A stretch of DNA of 64,000 nt, taken from assembly GCA_964016885.1 (NCBI GenBank), contig OZ024742.1:274784001-274848000 (forward strand), read 5' to 3'. A program made the position numbers and the translations under genes. The stretch's first letter is position 1. Each line of letters opens with the position of its first letter. The notes beneath the pieces are model-generated. The model worked only from the letters and a program-made list of their open reading frames with translations. It had not been told where the DNA came from and did not search any database. The DNA is from Eledone cirrhosa (taxonomy: Eukaryota). Shown in pieces: positions 25,860 through 39,780 of this stretch.

Positions 25860-28813
25860 AATGAGCAAAATCTACAACCTGGACTATCAACAAACCGAAC
25901 CTCAATACGTCCGAAACTTGTATACAAGACCTCACAACAACAGGGGAAATACCATTAGATATAATAATACCATTGAAAAAACATTCGAGAAAAATCATTT
26001 TTTAGACCAAGGTTACAAGAGCCACGACACCCGGTGGCACAAACCGATTTTGAAAAACCGAAAATAATCAACCTTTCAAATACAAACCTCTCAGCCCAAC
26101 AAGTAAACATTCTCTCCAAAGGACTGAAATTCACACCAACACCACAATACTCTAACCCCAATGAGATAAATGACCATATCTCACACTTCTGTAGAAAATT
26201 ACGTCTCACAGAGGAATTCTTTGACAAGGAGAATAACGACGAATCAATTGTACGGAATAAAAGCAGCTACAACCCAACAAAAGGTAGAAACAGAGTTCTG
26301 GACAAATTTTGTGACCACATAGCTACTTTCCCATACCATGAACTACCGCAACCTAAACCCAAACCCAACACGAGTCGAAGGGAATGGGAGATTATCCATG
26401 AACTAAAAACTAATACGGACATTATAATTAAGGAAGCGGACAAGGGAAGTAGTGTCGTCATTATGGCGGCTGAAAAATATAAAAATTCTATGTTCTCTCT
26501 CTTACAAAATACTAATTACTATGAAAGAGTAAAAAACTACCAGCAATCAAAAACAATGACCAGATTAAACACACTGATTTATCGATACCAGAAAGACCTA
26601 ACTAAAAAGGAAGGCGATTATTTAACACATTTTGAATACAAAACCAGCAAACTTTAAGGACTTCCGAAGATCCACAAGTGTAAAATAATTAACGATGCCT
26701 GTAAACAATCCACCTCAGCCTGCGTGAACACACAATACCCCACACACCTTAAATTTAGACCAATTGTAGCGGGCCCACAATGTGAAACACACAGACTGAG
26801 CAACTTTATAGAGATACTATTAAAACCAATTCTCAAACACATACCAAGCCTTGTAAGAGACGATCTGGACCTCTTAAACCACCTCCCCAAACATGTCAAC
26901 AACGACACTATTATTGTGTCTTTCGATGTAGTGAATCTCTACACAACGATCCCACACCAATACGGACTAGAAGCAATAGGATTCTGGCTAGAGAAATATC
27001 CCAATGAGATACCTGGCAGAATAGAAAAAAGCTTCATCACCGAGGGATTAAAATTCATCTTACAGAACAACTTTTTTGATTTCGCTGGCAGTACTTACAA
27101 GCAAATATCGGGGACTGCGATGGGTACAAAAGCCGCTCCAACTTATGCCAACTTAGTCATGGCATACTTAGAAGTCCAGATATATGAACAGTCCAAATCA
27201 AAATACGGATTAAACTTGCACAAATATTTATCAGAGAATTGGAAACGCTACTTGGATGATTGTCTCATTATTTGGTCCCACACACTCGACCAACCGAAGG
27301 ACTTCAAAAACTTAATAAACGGCATCAACAACCACATCCAATTCACAATGGAATAGAGCCAAGATCAACTCCCATTGCTGGATATCTTAATCTTTAAAAA
27401 AAAACAAAAAAAACACAAATATTGAAACTGACATACACTACAAACCAACAGATTCCAAACAATACCAGCTATTCACCTCCAACCATCCAAAGCACACGAA
27501 GACGAACATTCCTTTTAACCTAGTAAGAAGAATTTGCACAATTGTCTCCAATTATGAAACGCGAAATAAAAGACTTCAAGAATTAAAGGAAATTCTACTC
27601 GAAAGAGAGTACCCACTATTACTAATAAATAATTGAATAGAAAGGGCTAAAACAATAGGCATTGATGAATTACGAAAACAGAAACAAATTCAAGGTACGT
27701 CCAATATTCTATCATATATCTCAACACACCAGCCAAGAAATGCGGTAGCTTACAACACTATTCACAAGAACATCCCACTACTAAAACAAAACCCAAGAAT
27801 GAAAAAAGCCCTTGAAACACACAAAATAATCAAGAGCAAAAGACAACCGAAATCACTGAAAACATTACTCACCAATGCCAAATTACCTACCACAAATCCA
27901 CAACCAACTGCCAAAATATGTGGTCGCTCTAATTGTGGAACCTGCACTCACCTCATTGAAGGCAACACGTATACATTTAAATCAGGACAACATTTTGTTG
28001 TAAAAAATCACTTCACTTGCTCATCAAAAAATCTACTTTATGCCATTAAATGTAAAGGATGCAATGAAGATTATATAGGACAAACTAAACTCACACTCAG
28101 AAACAGAATGACAGTTCATCGCCAACAATTACGAGATCCAACCACGAGACAGATACCACTAAGCGCACATCTAGACATATGCACAAGTATTAAGACACCC
28201 AAACTCCAAGTCTTCCCATAATACCTTTGCGCTAACAATACAACAGAACAAATACGAATAAATAAGGAAAATATGTTTAATCAAATATATAGACCAGCAT
28301 TAAATATGGTTTAATATACATTATGTCAACACCATAACATGCTAACCATCCAAACAGACACATACACACACACATAACACCTGCTATTTTAGAAAATAAA
28401 AACCCGAACTAAATAAACCTTAACATACGTTTGCGCTGACAATACAACAGAATAAATACGAATAAGTAAGGAAAATATGTTCATTCAGAAATATTCCTAC
28501 TAAAGGAATCATTTTCCTACACACACACACACACACAATATATATATATATATTCTCTTCATCTTAACATGCTAACCATACTCACACACACATAACACCC
28601 ATACACACACATAACAACCCCCACCCCCACACACACAACTCCCTTCCCCATTTCTACTAATAGAATCACTTTCCTACACACATATGTACACACACACACA
28701 AAATATATATATTCTCTCCATCTTAACATACTCCCACACACACCCACACACATAACACCCATATACACACACACAACTCCCTCCCTCATTTCTACTAATA
28801 GAATCATCTTCCA

Positions 28814-28844
<31 letters not shown>

Positions 28845-29860
28845 AGCACGCAAATAAACATACACATCTTTACTTTCTTTACTTCAATAGAAAATCTGAA
28901 TTCTGACACCCCAGCGAACTAACCATATTCACTGAACCAGAACAATTCTTCCATCCAATTTCTCTTGACCATTATCTTTTGCTTGTCATAAAATTCTCTA
29001 AAAAGGCTACAGAATAGATTTCCAAATAAGGGCACGAAAATTGAATGAAAACTTGTTCACGTGACAACCATAATTTCATTTATAACCAAACAAATTACGT
29101 TTATTAAAAAAAAGCCTTCGTGAGCCCCTTTTTTTAAGTAAAAAGAAATACAAACACACACACAACACACACACACACACACACACAAGCACACAAATAA
29201 ACATACATATCTTTACTTTCTGTATTCAATAGAAAATCTGAATTCTGACACCCAGCAAACTAACCATATTCACTGAACCAGAACAATTCTCCCATCCAAT
29301 TTCTCTTGACCATTATCTTTTGCTTGTCATAAAATTCTCTAAAAAGGCTACAGAATAGATTTCCAAATAAGGGCGCGAAAATTGAATGAAAACTTGTTCA
29401 CGTGACAGCCATAATTTCATTTATAACCAATCAAATTACGTTTATTTAAAAAAAGCCTTCGTGAGCCACTTTCTTCAAGTAAAAAGAAATTCAAACACTC
29501 ATATATGAAAATCAACCTGTGCCCCCCCCCCCCCCCCCTGTTTGAAGAACTTTGTAACGCGAACTGGCGCGAAATTTATTATAATTATTGACCAACCAAT
29601 CAAATTACTTCTCTAAATACCTGGCATTTCGAGCCACTTTTTTCCATATAAAACAAGTAACATTCAGAGACCAACCAGATGTGAGAAAAACCACAGACCC
29701 TCCATCTGAACTCTACTTTTGAAAAGCAGAAGAACTGCGAAACCGGTAAAGGAACCAAATAAATATATATATATTTTTTGAAATAAGACTCCAGTTGCAT
29801 TTTCGATTTCATCTTTTTTTCTTTATACTTTCACTCGTGTAGGACACCTCGGTTATTTTT
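25860..29860 (+). mobile_element. Near full-length Penelope-like element (RT + GIY-YIG) with long 3' pseudo-LTR region
   Basis: NLS...LSKGLKFTP, IIKEADKG, FRPIV, SFDVVNLYT, GTAMG, RYLDD; GIY-YIG LLYAIKC..C..YIGQT...R...H; 3' region with tandem duplication about 28840-29155 / 29185-29495. Confidence 0.95.
29716..29751 (+). ncRNA. Minimal type I hammerhead in PLE pseudo-LTR, U3-A8 core
   Basis: cuu-UUGAAAA-gcag(aagaa)cugc-GAAA-ccgg-UA-aag; palindromic stem III. Confidence 0.7.
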
Positions 29861-29899
29861 CATTTTGTAAAAAAAACCTCACTTTCTAATATATATATA

Positions 29900-31215
29900 T
29901 ATGTATGTAAGTGTGCTTAGTGGAAGATCTATGTGTGTGCGTGAGTATAAGTTAATGTAACGAAAGGCGTGGGCTAATATGTATTTGATAAAAGGGAAAA
30001 ATGTGGGTGATATATGTATGTATGTGACGATGACGTAGATGTAACTTGGCTGATGTATGTATATGTGCAGTAAACTCGAGAGGTTGGATCTCATGGGTAG
30101 TTCAGATAGAGATCCGGATTACATAACGAGAAACAGCAGGCTGCCCAACTTCTACTACCTGATGAAAACCAACAAAGAAGGATCGACCTGAAAATTAGAA
30201 CCATTGTCTCCAGTGTTGAAGAACCATCTTGTAAAATCTCTTGGATTATGTTCAAAATTGTAAAGCTCCTGTTGACAACCTTCCCGGCTCGGATGAAGTC
30301 CATAGCTCGGATGAAGTCATCCAGCTACTGAATCAAGTCGAATTTGACGCACTCAAATCCACCAGGTATGCCTTCAGCTTAGATGTAGTATCCCTCTACA
30401 CGTAGGTACCTGCACTACCCTCTGTGAACATACTCACTGAATGTGTCGGTTCCGGTGGCGTTGACTGTTTCCGGCTTACTCCCACCGATATCCACCAGCT
30501 CCTATCCATCATTGTCAACAAAGCCTTTTTCAACTTACGGGACAAACATACCGACCGACCTCTGGACTAACCATAGGATACAGCCTGTCGGGTTTGCTGG
30601 CCATTTAGTACATGAACAGACTAGAACGCCGTATACTCAGCTCCAAACTCAGTCTAGGCACACTGAGAATTAAGGAAGCCCTCTTAATCAAGAAATTAAA
30701 ACCTGGGATCAATAATCGAATGGAAAGAATTACACTTGAATGGCTAATTTTAAATATCCAACACAGTTACACCATCATTCCAACATCCCAGTTGCCCGTT
30801 TCATTCTTTCTTTCAAATTAAATGCACGTCATCACTAAGCATACACATTTAGACTCACTCACACACATACATATATTACACCCATATGTTCCCCTTTTTA
30901 ACATATACATATTCGCACACGCCTTTGGCTACGTAAACTTACACACACACATACATCTACCACTATGTACACTTGCATTCACGCACGCACGTTCATATAT
31001 CAGACTCTTTTCCCCACATATTTCACAACAGTCATACTCAAAATACTAAGGTATTTTCATTACATTTAACTCAAGTCTACCTTCATATCAACTCAACACC
31101 GATGAAACCATTACGACTTTGACAGGAATATTTTCTTGATAATGGGTTTTAAACCCGAAAATATTTGAGATTATTAAATTTGGTAAGGTAAGATTCTATT
31201 GTTATCTTGGCACAT
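29900..31215 (+). mobile_element. Old internally deleted PLE with inverted pseudo-LTR
   Basis: AFSLDVVSLYT at about 30370; LRIKEALLIKKLKPGIN at about 30665; 29900-30036 is a diverged inverted copy of 30826-30985. Confidence 0.75.
31132..31170 (+). ncRNA. Minimal hammerhead, U3-A8 core, at PLE 3' end
   Basis: uuuc-UUGAUAA-u-gggu(uuuaa)accc-GAAA-auau-UU-gaga. Confidence 0.6.
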
Positions 31216-32006
<791 letters not shown>

Positions 32007-33021
32007 GACTGACCGACGGTCAAAAATACAGATACAATATAGACACAAACACATATATATAGTTTATCAAAGGTAAATATATGTAAGGTAAACCCCCAGA
32101 TAAACTGTAAAACTAGAAACGTAGTCTATAGCATAAGATGTACAGAGGGTACTTGCAGAAACATGACAACATACATAGGCGAGACAGCTCGTAGCATAGG
32201 AGAAAGGATAGACCAACACTGGGGGGAACTAAAAGGACGAAAAAACGGTTCAGTACTATACGAACATGCCAGACAACAACACGACGGTAACATAGACAAC
32301 ATAGAAATTAGAATAATATCTAAACATAGAAATGACCCAGCAGATAGGCATATCAGAGAGGCCAGTGAAATAGAACTTAGAAGGCCAAGGCTAAACAGAA
32401 AAAAATGAATGGAATAACAGCAACACCCAAACAAACAACACTGACCTAAGAGAAGTATAAATAAATAAATAAATAAATAGATAAATAAATAAATACATAC
32501 ACAAGCACAATAACAACAAACACATATAAACACACACTAGTAAAGATTGAATACATTAACCAATACACAGTCTCCCAATCACGAACACACATCAAACAAA
32601 ACACTATACACACACGCAAACGCATGCGCAAAGAAAAAAAAAGAAAAAAGAAAAATAAATATAGAAACAGACTAAATAAAGATGGCGTAGAAAATACAAT
32701 GCAACGGGAGGAAACAATAGCACCACTAGCGATGTTGCAGATGCGCAACGAAAGAACTTTGATAAACTATATATATGTGTTTGTGTCTATATTGTATCTG
32801 TATTTTTGACAGTTGGTCAGTCAATGGCAACATTGAGGACCGAATAAATTAAATTACGGATATAAAAGACACAGAAGCGAAAAGCGAAAACCAACCAAAC
32901 AGTGAGTGTTCTGTTATTAATTCTGGCAATATTACACAAATATGACCCTCCCCAAGTATAAAAATATTTGTTTCGACACACCATTTCATATCAAAAACCT
33001 CGCAAAACGAATTCATCGCCG

Positions 33022-33087
<66 letters not shown>

Positions 33088-33089
<2 letters not shown>

Positions 33090-33130
33090 GATGTACTAGT
33101 TTCAAGCTTATTAGCTATCGTCAGCATCGT
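33088..33130 (-). ncRNA. Type I hammerhead ribozyme (canonical core)
   Basis: Exact inverse of 33553-33595. Confidence 0.85.
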
Positions 33131-33552
33131 ATACCTTCCTGCCAGATGGTTGAACGTCTGAAAGTATATATTTTCCTTACGCATATTAACGGCTGAGCAG
33201 CCTAATTTGCATATCGAGTGAGTTCAGTCGGCCGGGCACACCGAAAACGATAAATGGAATAGAATGAAACGACATTTCATTTCTCACTCTTAGTACGGCA
33301 CTTACTTAAATGTAAGTATGTATGTATACGTACATACATATATGTATACAGACGTACAGTAGTATGTATATATATATATACATACATGCACACATATATA
33401 TATATATATATATGCACGTAACGGTTTACCGAACATTTATTATAATGCTCGGTTTGTTTGTTTGTAAACAAACAAACAGCCCGAATTACGCCGTTAATAT
33501 GCATAAGGAAAGTATATACTTTCAGACGTTCAACCATCTGGCAGGAAGGTAT

Positions 33553-33595
33553 ACGATGCTGACGATAGCTAATAAGCTTGAAACTAGTACATCGT
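33553..33595 (+). ncRNA. Type I hammerhead ribozyme (canonical core) with extended stem I
   Basis: acgaug-CUGACGA-u-agcu(aaua)agcu-u-GAAA-c(ua)g-UA-caucgu; extended cagga/uccug and guucaac/guugaac. Confidence 0.88.
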
Positions 33596-34921
33596 TCCTG
33601 TGTCAGTGTTGAACAAAAAGGTGACGTGGTTGCCTAAACACTGTACGGCGTAGTTAGGGCTGTTTGTTTGTTTACAAACAAACAAACCGATCATTATAAT
33701 AAATGTTCGGTAAACCGATACCTGCATATATATGTGTGCATGTATGTATATATATATATATATATACTACTGTACGTCTGTATACATATATGTATGTACG
33801 TATACATACATACTTACATTATATATATATATATATATATATACATACATACTTACATTATATATATATTTATATATATGGAGAGAGTGAGAGAAAGAGA
33901 GACATATATAGTATGTTAAACTATCAATGCATATCTGTTAGAACACGAAAAGTGTGAAACACAGAATGTTCACTTTTCGTGTTCTAACATATATGCCTAG
34001 CTTCTTTAAAAATTTTTCGGGGATAGCCGTGGTGGTGATCGTATGTCATTGGCTAATTTTCAACCAATCAGAGTACCTCTCTCTATATCTCTTCCACTGT
34101 TACTTACGCCTGTTTCTCTCTATCTGTTCCGTCTCTATTTATATCTCTTACTCTTTCGCTTTGCACTCCTCCCCTTCAATACCATCTCTCCCCCTCTCTA
34201 TATATTTGTTACTCTATCGCTGCACGCTCCTCTCCTTCAATATATCAATTACACACGCTTTACACTCCTTTATCCCCAGCGCCCCTATATATACACCCCC
34301 CTCTCCCGCATCTATATTTTAATGTACCGTTGCACCGTGAATATATGTGTCTATATATATATACATATATATTGTATATACACATTCATGTATGTGTATA
34401 CACATTCATGTATGTATATACACTGGTTTTATGTGTGTATTGTAAATTTGTACTGTTAAAACACGAAACTAACATTCGATTGACACTTTGATTACCTGTA
34501 CAGGCAATAGTTATTAGAATGCTGTTGAAGTGTGTATATATTTTTGGGGGACATCCTGTATATACACACATTATATATAATACAATAAACAGATAAATAC
34601 ACACATATATATATGAGCTTATTTAATTATAAATATTGTGAATTTTTAACTCAGTTCAATTATATATATAAATGGCTTCTACAGGACTAGAACTGTTTCA
34701 TTCGAAAGAAATCATCATAATATTGAGAGGGGGGGACTAGATAAAATATTTCAAATCAAATGTGTATAAGTTATAAGTTAAAATGTATAAATAGAGACGA
34801 TAGTGGAGGTATATCTGTTTAGTGGAACAGTAGACGATAGAATTAAATACAGACGAGAATCTCCCTTTAATGAAACAGCAGACGATAGAATTAAGGCAAT
34901 TTAAATTTTAAGCATTTGCAT

Positions 34922-34975
34922 TTTTGCCTTTCATCGTTACGGGGTCGATAAAATAAAGTACCAGTAATACACTGT
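34922..34975 (+). mobile_element. SINE internal fragment
   Basis: TTTGCCTTTCATCGTTACGGGGTCGATAAAATAAAGTACCAGTAATACACTG. Confidence 0.8.
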
Positions 34976-35330
34976 CACTAGACGACTTTCAAATTGAATT
35001 GTTGGTTCCATTTCTTTAGTATTTTCAATTGTAGTTATCTACTTAAAAAGCGTTACACGGTTAGAGACATAATTCGTAAGTTATATCTTCCCTATTAAAC
35101 CATTGCATTATTTCGCCTACAATAGAACAAAAATGAAATGTTCTTTAAAGAAACAGGAATATAACTTTATAAAAAAAAAAGTTGCATCCGCTTCTTTTAT
35201 CATTGATAATTTTTTCGTTTTAATATTAATTGTTTTTTGTAGTTGTTTATATTAAAAATCTTACTGTAATATTTACTTAAACGAAGGCAAACATCTAAAC
35301 TTATAGATTAATCTTGAGCGAAGGACTAGA

Positions 35331-35392
<62 letters not shown>

Positions 35393-35786
35393 AACGAAGA
35401 ATGATAAAATTTCAAGCAAAGAGTTTAATTAGGTATATTTTGTAATATTATTAACTAATTATTATAATTAACGCGCATATTTTGCTATCCTCAAACACGT
35501 TTACACATGGCATGAAATATAACTAATCCGAGATGGCTAGGTTTCATCTTCTAACTGGATAAACGAAATCCATTATGTCTTGACAACAACATGAGGTAAC
35601 ATTATGTTATTCACAGACACACTTTGTACACTGTTCCATATCAGAATGTATTTCCTTCGTCACATTCACAAACAGTATTGAAAATATGTTCTTCGGCAAA
35701 TAAAAATGTTTTGTTCATAATATTTCAACTAGCGATTGCTCTACTCCACGCACGACCACCATAAATTAATGACCAGCTCAACACAA

Positions 35787-35958
35787 GTATTGGTAGAGCG
35801 TCAGACACCATGCTTTGCAGTATTGTTATGGTCCTTTGCATTCTAAGTTCAAATCCTGCCGAGGTTAACTTCGACTTTCATACTTACTAATTCGATAAAA
35901 TAAAGTACCAGTAATGGACTGCCGTAATGGATTTGTGCCGAAAAATAGAAACACTATT
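35787..35958 (+). mobile_element. tRNA-derived SINE (diverged)
   Basis: GGTAGAGCGTCAGAC...AAGTTCAAATCCTGCCGAGGTTAAC...GATAAAATAAAGTACCAG. Confidence 0.82.
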
Positions 35959-36500
35959 AATGTGCAATAAGAGCAAAATATAACGACATTGCTCAATTAT
36001 TTTATCTAATGTTGTAATAACACAAGGAAATGTTGTTTGTGTATTTTTTTTTATATTTGCTCATAGGCTTTTACAATTTCGCTCAGCCAACAACTATTAA
36101 AAAGTGAGTTGCTTAAGATAACAATTTAATCACAAATTGTTGCTATCTTTTAATACACTCCAACAAGTCATCAAATTATGTACAATAAAAACAAATCTTA
36201 TTAATTTGCTCAGGGAATATAAAGAAAATGTATATACACTGATAATTGCAAATGTATGTAAATATTTTGTTTTTGTATTGTATATTTTGTTTTCTATTAT
36301 GTATAATATATTGATTTAATATTGATTGTTTTTTGTAGTTGTTTATATTAAAAGTCTGAAAATATTTTTATACATCTTACACTAATATTTATAAGATAAT
36401 TTATAATAACAATTACATAATCTAATTACATTACAACGATAATTTATTATTAATATATATCCTGTTTAACTAGAGTTATTACAAGCGTTGCCTTAAAAAA

Positions 36501-37471
36501 ATATTAAACTAGACATGAAAAATGCGCAAGCTCAAAAGTGCCACAGAATGTTATAATAAACCTTCAAAAGTGTGGGACTAGAGTTGTTGCTAAAAAATAT
36601 TGTAATCATTATATATCGTACATTCTGTGGCATCCTTTATAAAAATAGCTTAAACCAACGAAGCCTTTATTTTTACGCTATTTCACTTAGTTAATTCTTA
36701 GAGTGTAACATATAAAAATAAATACATCTATGTTTAATGTAATAACAGCTATAAATAATTACGTAATATTATTATCATATACTCATAGTAACAAAATAAT
36801 TGTGTTGAAACTTAATATGATGCTTATATGAACGATCAAATCTATAATGATAATTTCTTAAATATACTAATAGTAAAATAATTTAGTTATCTATTGTTAC
36901 ATTTTCATAGAACTATAATATTAACAATCGTATTGCATTATCAAATTGTTATCACTACAAACTTTCATATTGGAATTACCTTAAGCCACTTATTATTACT
37001 TCGCTTTCGTACTTTTACAGCTGTAGATATTGCGCTGTATCTTATATCTAATATCAATATCTCGTGGTAATTTGCATGAAGTGTAAAATAGGTTTATTAA
37101 TAACTTTAATATGAAATGTATTATACAGGGCTGCGGAGTCGGTCATAAATTGACTGGCTCCAACTCAGGATCCGATACTCCATTATTTCCTAAATTTCAG
37201 CTCCGCAGCTCTGTTATTATATTAATTAATTTATTTTATAGTTGTAAATCATATTTTTATATGTTACACTCTAAGAATTAACTAAGTGAAATAGCGTAAA
37301 AATAAAGGCTTCGTTGGTTTAAGCTATTTTTATAAAGGATGCCACAGAATGTACGATATATAATGATTACAATATTTTTTAGCAACAACTCTAGTCCCAC
37401 ACTTTTGAAGGTTTATTATAACATTCTGTGGCACTTTTGAGCTTGCGCATTTTTCATGTCTAGTTCAATAT
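36501..37471. repeat. Essentially perfect inverted repeat, arms about 220 bp (36501-36720 / 37252-37471)
   Basis: One mismatch seen, at the outer edge. Confidence 0.92.
37126..37213. mobile_element. hAT-like MITE, 88 bp
   Basis: TIR CAGGGCTGCGGAG / CTCCGCAGCTCTG; 8-bp flanks GTATTATA / TTATTATA (7 of 8). Confidence 0.75.
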
Positions 37472-37495
37472 GCATAGGTTAACTTTGCCTCTCAT

Positions 37496-37542
<47 letters not shown>

Positions 37543-37616
37543 CCTAGTACATTACTGGTACTTTATTTTATCGACCCCGTAAGGATGAGAGGCAAAGTTA
37601 ACCTATGCATATTGAA
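37464..37616. repeat. 37-bp perfect inverted repeat spanning a SINE/flank junction; SINE fragment at 37538-37604 (-)
   Basis: TTCAATATGCATAGGTTAACTTTGCCTCTCATCCTTA and its exact complement at 37580-37616. Confidence 0.88.
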
Positions 37617-37665
37617 TATGTATTGATAGTTTAACATACTATATATGTCTCTCTTTCTCTCTTTC

Positions 37666-37807
<142 letters not shown>

Positions 37808-38269
37808 GAACTTGGAAAGCCACGACGATGCAGGTTTGGACAGATGAAAATAAAGGAACTGTTTGAGTGTCCGATGTGGCTTGCTATACCATGCTGTCCG
37901 GAATTGGTTTTAATATTTATTTATTTGGATTATTTATTTATTTATTAAGCCTCTTCTGTGTTAAAATTAAGGTCTAGACAGGTCAAAGGGGAAAAGAGTT
38001 GTCTCCTTTAAAATTCGATGATACGCATATATAAGAGTACACGCTAATACGCATGTTCATGCCTACCTATGGGTGTGTGAGCAGGCACGCACCACATGGA
38101 AACACGCATGGACGGAGTCATTTGAACACATGTGTGCATTTATAGGATTTCTCCCAGTTTGATAATGTGGTCGTAAGCGAGCCTGTATGTGCTCTATCTA
38201 GTGTCCAGTAGTCTTCTACGTTAGGTATCGTGCGCTTAATTCTCGTCTATTATTGATTTGCGGGTGTAT

Positions 38270-39300
38270 TCTGGCTATGATTAATGCTTCCTTAATACTG
38301 AGATTGCCGAGGCTTTTTTTGCTTCGACCTTAACTGTTATTTTTTAGAAGTGTTTTTACATATCCCTAAGTGTTTCTTGAATGAGGAAGCGTTAGTGTTA
38401 ATGTGTTCCTTAATCGTGATGTGTAAGTGTCTGGATGTGCTACTTATATAGAAGTTGTCACATTTATCACATTAGACTCTGTATACGACATCTGCTTGGA
38501 GGCCTATTTCTATGTTATTGATGAAGCAGTTGGCCACCATGCAGCTGCTGTTGTGTTCTGAAGTTCGTTTCCTAGATAGTTATCCGCGTAAAGAAGGCCC
38601 AGAATGATCTAGTTGTAAGTCTAGTCTTTCCCTTTGGATGGCCCTGCGGATGGCTGTAGTTGTGTCATCACTGAAATGTGGGAACTTCAGGAAGTAGGTG
38701 TTGGTGGAATTCGTACTTCGAATGCGGTGTTTCATCTTTCTAACGCGATTCACGGTGGATGTCGGGTTGCCGTTTAGCTTAAGCACATATAAGAAGAGTG
38801 TGCTGTGCGTGTCACAGTCCCCTGTCGTGCTGCATTTATTCTGGATACGTGTCAGTTAATTTCTTATGTAACCGGACTTGGCACCTAGTGGGTGGCTGGC
38901 CGATCTGAAATGGACGAACAGGTCCCTGCTAATGGCTTTGTTTATAAGCTGGTGTGAATGCCGCCTTCTTCCGTTACCCTGAGTGAGAAGTCTATCAGAG
39001 ATAGGGATCCAGTGTCGGCAGGGTGTTCCATGCTGAACCTTATGTCAATGTCCATGCTGGAGAACGCCGTGTATATTTTGTCTGCTTTTTCATGGGAAGA
39101 TGTAAGGGTAAGTATGTCATCTACATATTGGGTGAAGAAGGCACATGAGTAGGTGTTGAGAGCCAGTTCCAGCTGGTTCAAACGATTGATGGCCTGCAGG
39201 CGGGTTAGGCTGAATCCCATAGGTAGTCCTGTTGTCTGTCTGTATATGTGGGAGTGGAAGGTGAAGTAAGTAACTTAATTCACCTTCAACACCACAGATA
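38270..39300 (-). mobile_element. PLE fragment (RT C-terminal half + GIY-YIG), decayed
   Basis: YVDDI, IRFSMEH, L.LIDF; DVVYRV.CDKCDNFYI.ST.RHL.I.I.EH; IKEALII. Confidence 0.85.
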
Positions 39301-39565
39301 CAGGTTGACAACAGGTCTACATATGGGATTCAGAACACGGCCCTGCTGGCCACTGTTGCATAATAAATGCAGGCATGTAGATGCTGTGCTCTCTATTGCT
39401 GCATTAAAAATGGCAGAAAGTCGAGTACTGGTATAGATTGAAGGTACCCATTTACGTGTGTTGTATTGAAGCAAATAACTATGTGTCTACTTTCATAGTG
39501 ACTACGCTGATATGCAACTGGGGCTGATAGTGAAACCCATGTTAGTCAAGTCAACTTATACATAT

Positions 39566-39679
<114 letters not shown>

Positions 39680-39780
39680 ATGTATGTATGTTATAGTCTT
39701 GATGTTTTCGTCACGTATATGTCTGAATTATTGTTGGTTTTTTGCTTACATTAATTTCTCTATTTTCATATATATATATA

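Larger units (their letters stand above)
33088..33820. mobile_element. Retrozyme-like locus: two inverted, circularly permuted copies of a unit of about 456 nt
   Basis: 33088-33193 is the inverse of 33490-33595; 33309-33494 is the inverse of 33645-33820; junction on GCCGT; both outer ends abut (TA)n. Confidence 0.75.
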
